Origin: Spirochaetia bacterium
GTDB taxonomy: Bacteria > Spirochaetota > Spirochaetia > DSM-27196 > Salinispiraceae
Assembly: GCA_038204425.1 (NCBI GenBank)
Contig: JBBRCZ010000003.1
Location: 32,001 to 96,000 of the forward strand
DNA: 64,000 nt
Direction of reading: 5' to 3'
Below are positions 19,847-29,568 of the stretch, one piece after another (the first letter of the stretch is position 1; every line of letters starts with the position of its first letter). A program made the position numbers and the translations under genes. The notes below the pieces were generated by a model. That model had not been told where the DNA came from, did no database searches, and worked only from the letters and a program-made list of their open reading frames with translations.

Positions 19847-20827
19847 ATGACAAGAAACAGTATTCAAATTGCCAATCGACCAAACGCCAGCCGGGCAAAT
19901 GCCTTTTGGAAAAAAATAGAGCTTGCTTTAGCTTTTAGCTTAGTTTGCTTATTCAGCTTTTCTTGTGCCTTTGACAAATTGGCACTCAACATAGTTGGTG
20001 ATGCGCTGACCGGAGAAGGCAGCAATACTGTTTTCACCGGTGACGATGATTTTGAACTAGTGGCGGGCGCCTTGCCCTTTGCCATCAAATTTTATGAGTC
20101 ATTGTCATCAGCAAATCCGGATCACCAAGGTTTGCTTCGAACCACAGGTAGCATGTACATAATGTATGCAAATGCTTTTGTGCTTGGACCGTCCGAGTAT
20201 TTACCCGGAGAGCGTTATGAAGACAAACAAATTGCAGAGCTTAGAGCGGGCAAACTCTATTTGCGCGGACGCAATATGATAATTGCAGCCTTGGATAAAG
20301 TCTATCCGGGTTTTTCAAATGCCTTGCTCGATGGTGACCCACAGCCTTTTCTTGCCAAAATGGAAAAGAAGGATACTGCCGCCTTATATTGGATATGTGC
20401 AGGTTGGTTTGGTGCCTTTTCTTTGGATAACATGAACATGACGCTTTCTCTAAAGATTGGCAACGCTCTTGCTTGTCTTGATAGGGCTTACGCTCTCAAT
20501 CCTGATTTTCAAAACGGTTCGCTCGATGAACTGTATATTTCCATCAAGGCGTCCTTGCCGGCAGAACTCGGTGGATCCATGGAGCGCGCTAAGTATCATT
20601 TTGACCGAGCGATTACCTTAAGCAAAAATTTGACTGCCGGTCCGTATCTGGCTTGGGCGACCGCAGTTTATATCGGCAAGCAAGACAAAGCAGCATTTGT
20701 GGACTATATGAACACTATATTGGCCTTGGATCTTGATGCCATTCCCGAGTCGCGATTACAAAATGTAATGGCCCAAAAGAAGGCTAGATGGTATTTGGAC
20801 CATCTGGATGAATTATTTCTCGAATAA
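19847..20827 (+). CDS. TRAP-T (TPAT) transporter TatT lipoprotein component
   Basis: Lipobox FSFS-C, DDDFELVAGALPFAIKFYESL, LGGSMERAKYHFDRA; lies upstream of dctP and dctQM. Confidence 0.88.
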   Translation: MTRNSIQIANRPNASRANAFWKKIELALAFSLVCLFSFSCAFDKLALNIVGDALTGEGSNTVFTGDDDFELVAGALPFAIKFYESLSSANPDHQGLLRTTGSMYIMYANAFVLGPSEYLPGERYEDKQIAELRAGKLYLRGRNMIIAALDKVYPGFSNALLDGDPQPFLAKMEKKDTAALYWICAGWFGAFSLDNMNMTLSLKIGNALACLDRAYALNPDFQNGSLDELYISIKASLPAELGGSMERAKYHFDRAITLSKNLTAGPYLAWATAVYIGKQDKAAFVDYMNTILALDLDAIPESRLQNVMAQKKARWYLDHLDELFLE

Positions 20828-20877
20828 TGCTCGCGGCGAAATTAAATATAGAATTTCTAAATAGGAGAAACGACAAG

Positions 20878-21891
20878 ATGACTAATGTTTTAAAATTAAT
20901 GACAGCAATGCTGTTCTTTTTTATGGTGTCGGTACTAGGTGCCCAAACCATTCAGATCAGAATTGCAACCGTAGCACCCGAAAAATCACCTTACGGTAAT
21001 GCATTGCGCAAAATGTCAGGAGAATGGGAACGCATTTCCGGCGGCAAGGTTAAGATGATTCCCTATTTCGGCGACAAGCTTGGCGACGAAGAATCAATTG
21101 TGCAGAAGATTCGTTCCAACAATTTGCAAGGCGCAATGTTAACCCTAGCTGGACTGTCCTACATCGACAAACCCCTGATCACAGTTTCGGCGCCGCTATT
21201 GATAGAAAACGATAAGCAGTTAGCCTACGTTCTAGAAACGCTTGCGCCAGAAATAGACAAACGTCTTGCTGCAAACGGCTTCATTGGTATCGCTTATAGC
21301 CCAGCTGGATGGATAAACTTTTTTGCCAAAACCAAATTTGAATTACCCTCTGATTTGAGACAGCTAAAATTGGGGATAAGCAATAAATCAAAAGAAATCT
21401 ATGCTGCCTTTCAGGCCATGAACTACAGAGTGGTGAATGTCGACGTTGCAGAGACCACCGCCAACCTGCTAACCAACCGAGCCGAGGCGATATTCACCAG
21501 TCCTCTGATAGCAGGAGCGTATAATTGGGTTGGCATAGCACGTTACATGCTCAACTTTAGAATTTCGCCATTTTTTGGCGGGCTAATTATCAATGATCGC
21601 ACATGGAACCGCATTGATCCAAGTTTGCAAAAACAGCTACTTGAATCCGCTCGAAATGTTGCTGAAAAAGAACTTGCTAATGCTTTAGAAAAACTTGAAG
21701 CCGATGGCATCAAGGCCATGGTAGCCGCAAGCGGCGGCTTAATTTTGGTCAATATTACTGACGTACAAAAAGCAGTTTGGCGCACCGAGCTCGAGGCGGG
21801 ACTGCAATCAACACTGGGCAGCGCATTTGATAGTGATATGTACAACCGAATCAAATCGATACTTGCAGATTTTAAGAAGAAGAATAAATAA
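20878..21891 (+). CDS. dctP: TRAP transporter substrate-binding protein DctP/TatP
   Basis: Signal peptide, IRIATVAPEKSPY, LGDEESIVQKIR, PSDLRQLKL; RBS AGGAG. Confidence 0.9.
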   Translation: MTNVLKLMTAMLFFFMVSVLGAQTIQIRIATVAPEKSPYGNALRKMSGEWERISGGKVKMIPYFGDKLGDEESIVQKIRSNNLQGAMLTLAGLSYIDKPLITVSAPLLIENDKQLAYVLETLAPEIDKRLAANGFIGIAYSPAGWINFFAKTKFELPSDLRQLKLGISNKSKEIYAAFQAMNYRVVNVDVAETTANLLTNRAEAIFTSPLIAGAYNWVGIARYMLNFRISPFFGGLIINDRTWNRIDPSLQKQLLESARNVAEKELANALEKLEADGIKAMVAASGGLILVNITDVQKAVWRTELEAGLQSTLGSAFDSDMYNRIKSILADFKKKNK

Positions 21892-23834
21892 TGGTAGAAG
21901 CGACAGAACTCAAGATCAACCCCAATCCATTTTGGGGTTTTATGAATCGTTTTGAGCATGGTTTGGGCTTTGTTCTCTTGATGCTCTTAACACTTATCCC
22001 GGTGATTGAAGCAATATTGCGCTCTGTTTTTTTTACAGCCATACCCTACGCTCAGAACTTCTTGGACAATTTGATCATCCCTTTGACCTTTGTAGGCATA
22101 GCTCTCACCACAAAAGAGGGAAGACACCTCAGCATCAATATTGGATTGAAGGATAGAAAAGACTCGTTTGGCGAGTTTGTTCGTTTGTTTATCGATTTCG
22201 TATCTGGATTGATCATTGGTTTGTACTTCTTCAATAGCTTGGAATACGTTCTTTTGGGTTTTTCGAGCGAAGAAAAACTTTATGGCTTAATTCCGGTGAT
22301 AGCCTTTATGCTCAGTTTACCGCTATGTATGTTCATAGTTACGTGGCGAATGGTTCCCAAAAAACGCGGTAAACTGGCCATAGCCGTTTATTTTATTGGT
22401 ATTGCCTTTTCGACTATTTTTGGCATGGCGTCCATAGCAGCTGTTCTGCAAGAAGTTGCCAGCATACCAGCCTCAAGCTTTGGTCTGGAGTTTTTTGATG
22501 GTAGCTGGTGGCAGGATATGATGACCGTAGTTCGAATACCTGCTGTTATTATTCTATTGATTGCAGGAGTCGTAGGTGCACCATTGTTTTTAGTCCTAGG
22601 CGGAATCTCGGTGTTTCTATTTGGTGCCGACGGTTTTACGTTTACTGGCGCTCTGTCTGATAGTATTTCCAACCTAAAGACGAGTTCGACTCCCGCCATT
22701 GCACTGTTTACTTTTACTGGATATTTGTTGTCTGAGAGCCAAGCCTCCAAGCGCTTGATTGCACTCTTTCAAGGATTTTTGGGTCGGCTCCCTGGCGGAA
22801 TGATTATTGTGGTTGTCTTGGTCTCCGCATTCTTTACTAGCTTCACCGGTGCATCTGGCATCACTATCCTAGCACTTGGCGCCATGCTTTTTGCGATTCT
22901 CAAAGACTCGGGAAAAAACAGCGAAAGCCTGTCGATAGGTTTGATTTCCTCAAGCGGTGCGATAGGACTGATGTTCCCGCCCAGCTTGGCCATAATAATC
23001 TATGGTGCCATTCAAATGTCTTCGGTTGCCTCGGCTGGTGGAGTTCCAGCCAACATTTTGCAATTGTTTTTGGCAGGTATCTTGCCTGGACTTTTGTTCG
23101 TTGGCGGAATGATAGGTTTGGGCGTCTTTTTGTCTCGGCGCGAGCACAAGGGTATCCACTGGGAAAAGCCAGCAAAGTGGACTCGACAAGAAATGTTTGT
23201 TGCGCTCAAAGCTAGTGCTTTGGAGCTGCTTCTTCCGGTAATTATTTTAACTGTCTACTTTGCTGGTTGGGCCGGTATCGTTGAGACCGCAGCTTTTGCG
23301 GTAGTCTATACGCTCATTATCGAAGTATTTGTTAAACGAGAGATAGGATTAAAAAAGCTTATTGAAATCGCCGTTTATACGCTCATCATTTACGGTGGCA
23401 TCATGGCGATTCTTACCTTTGTTAAAGGCTTGTCGTACTACTTTGTCATTAGCCAATTTGATATCGCTTTAGTGGCTTGGGCACAAGAAACAATTCAATC
23501 GCCGCTATTGTTCTTGCTGCTTTTGAATGTCTTGTTGCTTATTGTTGGTTGCTTTATGGATATTTTTTCGGCCATTGTGATCTTTGTTCCGTTGGTTACC
23601 GGTATTGCTACGGTATTTGGCATCAACCAAGCCCACTTGGCCATAATATTCTTGTCAAATCTTTCGGTTGGATTCATCACGCCGCCAGTAGGAATGGACC
23701 TGTTTTTGTCCTCGTATCGATTTAATCGACCTATGGTTAAAATCTACAAAGATGTTTGGCCATTTGTTCTTTTGCAAATAGGTATCGTGTTTTTGATTAC
23801 TTACGTTCCTTGGTTTAGTATGGCTTTTCTATAA
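21891..23834 (+). CDS. Fused TRAP transporter permease DctQ-DctM
   Basis: N-terminal DctQ (GRHLSI) and DctM motifs (FTGASGITILALG, GLMFPPSL, GFITPPVGMDLF); many TM helices. Confidence 0.92.
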   Translation: MVEATELKINPNPFWGFMNRFEHGLGFVLLMLLTLIPVIEAILRSVFFTAIPYAQNFLDNLIIPLTFVGIALTTKEGRHLSINIGLKDRKDSFGEFVRLFIDFVSGLIIGLYFFNSLEYVLLGFSSEEKLYGLIPVIAFMLSLPLCMFIVTWRMVPKKRGKLAIAVYFIGIAFSTIFGMASIAAVLQEVASIPASSFGLEFFDGSWWQDMMTVVRIPAVIILLIAGVVGAPLFLVLGGISVFLFGADGFTFTGALSDSISNLKTSSTPAIALFTFTGYLLSESQASKRLIALFQGFLGRLPGGMIIVVVLVSAFFTSFTGASGITILALGAMLFAILKDSGKNSESLSIGLISSSGAIGLMFPPSLAIIIYGAIQMSSVASAGGVPANILQLFLAGILPGLLFVGGMIGLGVFLSRREHKGIHWEKPAKWTRQEMFVALKASALELLLPVIILTVYFAGWAGIVETAAFAVVYTLIIEVFVKREIGLKKLIEIAVYTLIIYGGIMAILTFVKGLSYYFVISQFDIALVAWAQETIQSPLLFLLLLNVLLLIVGCFMDIFSAIVIFVPLVTGIATVFGINQAHLAIIFLSNLSVGFITPPVGMDLFLSSYRFNRPMVKIYKDVWPFVLLQIGIVFLITYVPWFSMAFL

Positions 23835-24570
23835 GAAAACTCTGCTGAATTAAGGCTGCGATGTAGGCAGCGGTTTGGGGCATGACGGCTAAGTCGTCAT
23901 GCCCGATTGCTGGCGCTTGTTCCAAAAGAGCAAATTTGGCTTGGCAGACCCCAGCAAAGGCTTGTGTTTGCATCCATGGGACTATTTTGTCAGCTTTGCT
24001 GGCCAAAAAAAGGGCCGGCACCGTCAAAGCACGTATAAAATCAGCGCAATGAAACCACGGTCTTTGCATTACAAAATTCTTTACAATAGGATCTTCTCTC
24101 ACCGTCTGCAAAAAGAATTGTTTGCGCAGTTTCTTTGCTACTGCCTTTCCAAAGAAACGTCTGCGAATGATCCAACGCGGCAATACTCCTTTTTGGAACA
24201 AAAAACGCAGCACTGGGCTGATGTCATTGTTCTTTCCGTTGCTGTTTTCTGTTTCGGTTATCAGACTATATGGACTGGAAATAACTACTAAACCATCAAC
24301 AAGATTCGGGTGTTCGGATGCTATTTTGGCAGCAATTATTCCACCTAGACTATGTCCTACCAAGAGTAACTTGTGGGGCTGCCTAGTTTGCAGAGACTCC
24401 AAAATAGCAGTCAGTTGCGCTTGGTTGGTGGCAAAGTCTAGCCAGTCAATGATAGGCGATATTATGCTCTGGACCATAGGCGCTAATTGTTGTTCAAATA
24501 CACTCCAAAACGTTGAGCGCACGCCGTAACCATGTACACAAAGTACTATCCATTTTGCTGCTTCTTTCAT
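23815..24570 (-). CDS. Alpha/beta fold hydrolase
   Basis: VHGYG, GHSLG, DKIVP, IGHD. Confidence 0.85.
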   Translation of the reverse strand: MKEAAKWIVLCVHGYGVRSTFWSVFEQQLAPMVQSIISPIIDWLDFATNQAQLTAILESLQTRQPHKLLLVGHSLGGIIAAKIASEHPNLVDGLVVISSPYSLITETENSNGKNNDISPVLRFLFQKGVLPRWIIRRRFFGKAVAKKLRKQFFLQTVREDPIVKNFVMQRPWFHCADFIRALTVPALFLASKADKIVPWMQTQAFAGVCQAKFALLEQAPAIGHDDLAVMPQTAAYIAALIQQSFLIEKPY

Positions 24571-25616
24571 GAGTCGTCATCACCAAAATCAACAATAATC
24601 TTGCCTTTTGCATGGTGGCTTTTGGCGTAAGTGATGGCCTCTATGGCTTGTGCTTGTTTCCAAACTGAGTCGAGACAGGGGACCACCATACTGTTAGCTA
24701 GCCATTCAATGCATTGGCGCAGTAGTTTGACCGAAGGTGCCGCCAAAACTAAGTTGAGCCTGAGGCCCAAAAGGCCAAAGTAGAAACTTTTTAATAGAGT
24801 TTTGGCGATCAGTTTGTTTTCTACGCTGATCGGCAGGTAGGAAATAAGTCCTTTTGACACGAGTAGTCTGATCGCCTTTTTGTTGCAAGCAAGAAAATCG
24901 ATTAAAGTGCCTCCCTGGCAATCAAACAGAATGTTAGCCATATGCTCTTGGCTTGGCTGGACCTGCAAGATGGATTGCACTAGCTCTATCGGGATTTGAT
25001 TCTTGTAGTCGTAGCAGGTGCTGACTCCCAAACCATAAAGCCAAGCATGCTTCGATTCGGAAGCTACCGCTATAACTTGCTGTCCTTGGGCAACAAGCAT
25101 TTGAACCAGTAGATGGCCGACGCCACCACCTGCGCCCCAAACTATGCAGCGACATCTTTTTTGCATCAGCTTTTTTTGACTTGCGACTGCACGCGCCACG
25201 GTTAGACCGGCGGCGGGCAGGGCGGCTGCCTTATGGGTAGAAACGTGGTCAGGCACAAAGCAAAGCTGGTTTTTGGCGACGAGAAGGTAGTTACAGAAAC
25301 TTCCCCTACTGAGCGGGTTTACCATGCCGCAGATTCGTTTACCCAGCAGGGCTTGGTCGACCTTATTCCCTATTGCAACGATAGTTGCGCAAAAATCACT
25401 GCCAAAAACACGGTAACCGCGTCGACCAAAACTGCACACGTAGCGTTGCTGACCAGCTAGGATCTTCCAGTCAACTGGGTTTATAGATACTGCGGTAACT
25501 TTGACCAAAACTTGATTGGATTTGGGTTTAGCAATGCTAATATCTTGCCAAAAAAGCTCAGTCGACGGACCCCATGCTCTGTAAATCAAAGCCTTGTTGT
25601 TGCTTGTGTTGCACAT
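24567..25616 (-). CDS. NAD(P)-dependent oxidoreductase, MDR/quinone oxidoreductase family
   Basis: AVSINPVDWK, AAALPAAGLT, WGAGGGVGH, AKGKIIV; start placed at ATG 25616. Confidence 0.85.
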   Translation of the reverse strand: MCNTSNNKALIYRAWGPSTELFWQDISIAKPKSNQVLVKVTAVSINPVDWKILAGQQRYVCSFGRRGYRVFGSDFCATIVAIGNKVDQALLGKRICGMVNPLSRGSFCNYLLVAKNQLCFVPDHVSTHKAAALPAAGLTVARAVASQKKLMQKRCRCIVWGAGGGVGHLLVQMLVAQGQQVIAVASESKHAWLYGLGVSTCYDYKNQIPIELVQSILQVQPSQEHMANILFDCQGGTLIDFLACNKKAIRLLVSKGLISYLPISVENKLIAKTLLKSFYFGLLGLRLNLVLAAPSVKLLRQCIEWLANSMVVPCLDSVWKQAQAIEAITYAKSHHAKGKIIVDFGDDDS

Positions 25617-25670
25617 AGCACCATAGTAGTTCTTAGCAGCTTTCAACTCAATATAATACGGTAATTCGGT

Positions 25671-25712
25671 GTATCATGATATATTGATATGCTTGGTGAC
25701 ATGTGTTATCTT
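25671..25712 (+). promoter_or_regulatory. metH promoter with palindromic operator over the -35 element (SahR/ArsR-like)
   Basis: gTATCAtgATATatTGATAt (25671-25690); its right arm TTGATA is the -35 element, 17 nt before TATCTT, which has an extended TG. Confidence 0.55.
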
Positions 25713-25761
25713 ATATCTGATCAATGTGCTAAGCTAGCCATGGTTACTAGGGGGAAGCAAC

Positions 25762-28700
25762 ATGGAAGACGGAAGACTCAGCTTTGAAGAACTTGCTCGC
25801 AGTAGATTGGTTCTGTTTGATGGTGCTATGGGCACCCAGATCCATGAATGGAACCTAGCCGATAGCGATTACGACTTTAAACTTGGTTGTTCTGAGATAC
25901 TTAATCAGACCAGACCTGACGTCATTCAGTCTATCCACGAAGCGTACTATGCAGCAGGTAGTGACGTGGTGGAAACCAATTCTTTTGGGTCCAATCCGAT
26001 TGTGCTCGTTGAATATGATATCGCAAGTAGCGCTTATGATCTAAGTCTCAAAGCGGCTCAGATCGCCCGTAAAGCCGCCAGCATCTGGTCTGACCCAAGG
26101 AAATGTCCTGATGGTGCCAATGCCGCCAAACCGCGCTACGTAGCGGGAAGTATTGGACCCGGAACCAAGTTGATATCTTTAGGTCAAACTGACTGGACAA
26201 CTATGCTTGAGAGTTACAAACAGCAAGCTAAGGGACTATTGGACGGCAAAGTTGATCTCTTTTTGATTGAAACCTGCCAAGACCCCTTGCAGATCAAGTG
26301 CGCACTAAACGCCTGTTTTGACACGATGGCCGCAGCCCAAATAATAATTCCAGTGATAGTTACGGTTACCGTAGAAACGACGGGCACGCTCTTGGTTGGA
26401 ACTCCTGTAGAAGCTATCGTGGCCATATTGGAACCTTTTGATATTTTTGCTCTTGGTCTCAATTGTGCAACCGGCCCAGAAGATATGCGCAACTATGTCC
26501 GTCAACTTTCTCAGATTTGGCCAGGAAAACTATTGGTTCAACCTAACGCAGGCTTGCCGCAGAATGTGAATGGGCAACTAGTCTATACGCTGAGCATAGA
26601 AGACTATGTCAATACCATGTCTGCATTTGTGACCGAACTTGGTGTAAGTTTGGTCGGAGGTTGCTGCGGAACCAATCCAGATTTTTTACGGGCTTTGGCC
26701 AAGGAATTGCCTAGCCTTAAGCCTGCTGACCGTACCATCGATTATCAGCCGAGTGTTGCCAGTCTTTTTGGGGTTCAGACTATCAAGCAAGATCCGCCGG
26801 CCTTTTACATTGGCGAACGAACTAACACCAATGGTTCCAAACTTTTTAAGGATTTGCTCTTGGTGGACGACTACGATGGTCTAGTAGAGATCGCGCGCGA
26901 GCAATGTGGCACTGGAGTTCACGCCCTTGACATCTGTGTGGCTTATACAGGTCGTGATGAAGTCAAAGATATGGAGCAAGCGCTCAAACGAATCATCACT
27001 CAGATTGATATGCCATTGGTCTTTGATTCTACTGAAGTCAATGTTTTGGAAAAATCCCTGCAAATGTACGGTGGACGGGCTATCATAAACTCTATTAACC
27101 TCGAAGATGGCGAAGCTCGCGTGGATAGAATTTGTCAGTTGGCAAAACGCTACGGGGCGGCACTGATTGCGTTGACTATTGACGAGAAAGGCATGGCTCG
27201 CGAGAGTCACGAAAAACTGGCAATTGCCAAGCGCATTCATGAGATTGCTGTCAAGCGGCATGGCTTGCGACCACAAGATCTCATCTTTGACGCGCTTACT
27301 TTTACTCTTGGAGCAGGCGACGAGACTCTACGAGACAGCGCGCAAAAGACGATCGATGGTATTCGGCTGATAAAAGAAAACTTACCAGGCGTTGCTACTG
27401 TTTTGGGCCTGTCAAACGTCAGTTTTGGTCTTTCTCCAGTCAGCCGCAAAGTCTTAAATTCAGTTTTCTTGCACGAATGTATAGCTGCTGGTCTGGATAT
27501 GGCCATCGTTAATCTCAAACATATTGTGCCGATTGCCCAAATAGCAGAAGAAGACCTCAAGGCAGCTTATCGTGTCATGAACAATGAATGGCTGCAAGAA
27601 AAAGACCCGCTCTTTGCTTTTATTGCCCAGTTTGAAGGAAAAAAAGACTCCGAGCCACAGTTGTCAGCCAGTGAAGAGGCCAACCTAACTGTTCATGAGC
27701 TATTGACTCGCAACATCGTCAAGGGTTCAAAACTCAACCTATCCGTCAATCTGGAAAGAGGGCGCAACGAAAACTTAAAAGCCTTAACTATTATTAATGA
27801 CACCTTGATTCCAGCCATGAAAATTGTTGGTGAGCTTTTTGGCTCGGGCAAGATGCAATTACCCTTTGTTTTGCAGTCTGCTGAAGTGATGAAAGCATCG
27901 GTAGACCTCTTGCAGCCCTTCATGGAAAAGGTCGAAGGCGAAGAGCAAGTTAGTATTGTCTTGGCTACCGTCCGCGGCGATGTGCATGACATTGGTAAAA
28001 ACTTAGTAGACATAATTCTCACCAACAACGGATACAAAGTCTATAATCTGGGCATTAAATGCGAAATTGATACTATTATTCAAAAGGCTATCGAAGTCGG
28101 CGCAAGCGCAATTGGTATGTCGGGGCTGCTAGTCAAGTCGACTATCATAATGAAAGAGAACCTTGAGGAACTCGCGCGTAGAAAAATAAAAGTTCCTGTG
28201 CTTTTGGGTGGAGCAGCGTTAACGCCAAGTTACGTCTATGACATTTGCACACCTCTCTTGCCAAGTCCACTAGTCTATTGCTCAGATGCTTTTGAAGGCC
28301 TCAAAGCTATGAGTCTAATTAAAGAAGGTGGCATTGCAGGTTACCTGGCGGCCGAAGCCAGCAAGCGCGAGGCCAGAAAGCAAGCCAGACCTGCCTTGGC
28401 TAGCGTCGCGCCAGTAGAAGAAATTGTGATTGACAGAACGGTCAAGGTACCTAAGGCACCTTTTTTGGGGGTGCGACATGTTGCTGAAGTGGATCTAGAG
28501 ACCGTGTATAGCTATTTGACAGAAGAAGTTCTTTTTCGCGGACGCTGGGGCTACCGTCGCGGAAGCATGAGCAAACAAGACTACGACGAGCAACTGGCGA
28601 CAGTGATTAGACCAGAGTTTGAAGCGCTCAAACTTGACGCCAAGCTGCGTCAACTCATCAAACCGGCAGTTAGTTATGGTTACTGGGAATGTAATTCCTC

Positions 28701-29238
28701 TGGTCAGGACCTCATCATCTATGATCCAGATAGCGATGGCCAACTTGGTCGTTTTACGTTTCCTCGCCAAAGTGAAGCGCCTTTTCAATGTATTGCCGAC
28801 TACTTCTATTCTGTTGAGAGTGGTATCCGAGACGTGATTGCTCTGCAAGTTTGCACGGTTGGTCAGGCTGCTGCTGACGAAAGTGCTCGCCTGTACGGAT
28901 CTGGCAATTATAAGGACTATCTTTTGTTCCACGGTTTGTCGGTAGAATGCGCCGAAGCTCTTGCAGAATACTGGCACAGGGTGGTTAGAGAAGAGTTGGG
29001 AATTACATCCGAAGATGGAAACACTATCCAAGATTTTGTAGTACAAAAGTACCAAGGCTCTCGCTATTCATTTGGTTATCCAGCCTGCCCTGATTTGGCC
29101 CAAAATCGCACCTTATGTGAGCTAAGTCAGAGCCACTTAATCGGTGTGACTGTCAGTGACGAAGAGCAAATGGTTCCTGAACAGACTACCAGTGCCTTTG
29201 TGGTGCATCATCCGCAGGCGAAGTACTTCAATGCCTAA
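25762..29238 (+). CDS. metH: Cobalamin-dependent methionine synthase
   Basis: DGAMGT, GLNCATG, GGCCGT, IGERTN, DVHDIGKN cobalamin motif, RYSFGYPACPD reactivation domain. Confidence 0.97.
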   Translation: MEDGRLSFEELARSRLVLFDGAMGTQIHEWNLADSDYDFKLGCSEILNQTRPDVIQSIHEAYYAAGSDVVETNSFGSNPIVLVEYDIASSAYDLSLKAAQIARKAASIWSDPRKCPDGANAAKPRYVAGSIGPGTKLISLGQTDWTTMLESYKQQAKGLLDGKVDLFLIETCQDPLQIKCALNACFDTMAAAQIIIPVIVTVTVETTGTLLVGTPVEAIVAILEPFDIFALGLNCATGPEDMRNYVRQLSQIWPGKLLVQPNAGLPQNVNGQLVYTLSIEDYVNTMSAFVTELGVSLVGGCCGTNPDFLRALAKELPSLKPADRTIDYQPSVASLFGVQTIKQDPPAFYIGERTNTNGSKLFKDLLLVDDYDGLVEIAREQCGTGVHALDICVAYTGRDEVKDMEQALKRIITQIDMPLVFDSTEVNVLEKSLQMYGGRAIINSINLEDGEARVDRICQLAKRYGAALIALTIDEKGMARESHEKLAIAKRIHEIAVKRHGLRPQDLIFDALTFTLGAGDETLRDSAQKTIDGIRLIKENLPGVATVLGLSNVSFGLSPVSRKVLNSVFLHECIAAGLDMAIVNLKHIVPIAQIAEEDLKAAYRVMNNEWLQEKDPLFAFIAQFEGKKDSEPQLSASEEANLTVHELLTRNIVKGSKLNLSVNLERGRNENLKALTIINDTLIPAMKIVGELFGSGKMQLPFVLQSAEVMKASVDLLQPFMEKVEGEEQVSIVLATVRGDVHDIGKNLVDIILTNNGYKVYNLGIKCEIDTIIQKAIEVGASAIGMSGLLVKSTIIMKENLEELARRKIKVPVLLGGAALTPSYVYDICTPLLPSPLVYCSDAFEGLKAMSLIKEGGIAGYLAAEASKREARKQARPALASVAPVEEIVIDRTVKVPKAPFLGVRHVAEVDLETVYSYLTEEVLFRGRWGYRRGSMSKQDYDEQLATVIRPEFEALKLDAKLRQLIKPAVSYGYWECNSSGQDLIIYDPDSDGQLGRFTFPRQSEAPFQCIADYFYSVESGIRDVIALQVCTVGQAAADESARLYGSGNYKDYLLFHGLSVECAEALAEYWHRVVREELGITSEDGNTIQDFVVQKYQGSRYSFGYPACPDLAQNRTLCELSQSHLIGVTVSDEEQMVPEQTTSAFVVHHPQAKYFNA

Positions 29239-29294
29239 GTCCCAATGGCAACAAAAGACTTGGATACAAAGGATTTGATAAGAAAGGTTTTTAA

Positions 29295-29453
29295 ATGAGA
29301 TACATTTGTTCTAATTGCGGTTACATCTACGACCCAATCCAGGGCGACAGTGCAGGCGGCATACCTGAAGATACCAAATTTGAGGATTTGCCCGATGACT
29401 GGACCTGCCCAATCTGCTATCAGTCCAAGAGTGTTTTTGATGCCTTTGACTGA
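29295..29453 (+). CDS. Rubredoxin (52 aa, absent from the ORF track)
   Basis: Translated by hand: MRYICSNCGYIYDPIQGDSAGGIPEDTKFEDLPDDWTCPICYQSKSVFDAFD*; RBS AAAGG. Confidence 0.93.
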   Translation: MRYICSNCGYIYDPIQGDSAGGIPEDTKFEDLPDDWTCPICYQSKSVFDAFD

Positions 29454-29568
29454 GATCTAATCTGGGTATTTTTGTCAGATTTAAAACAAATTGACGGCCT
29501 CTCAATTATAGTAGTGAGATATGGTGCGAGTCTTTCTATAAATGCTTGCCCAAAAAAAAGGAGATACT

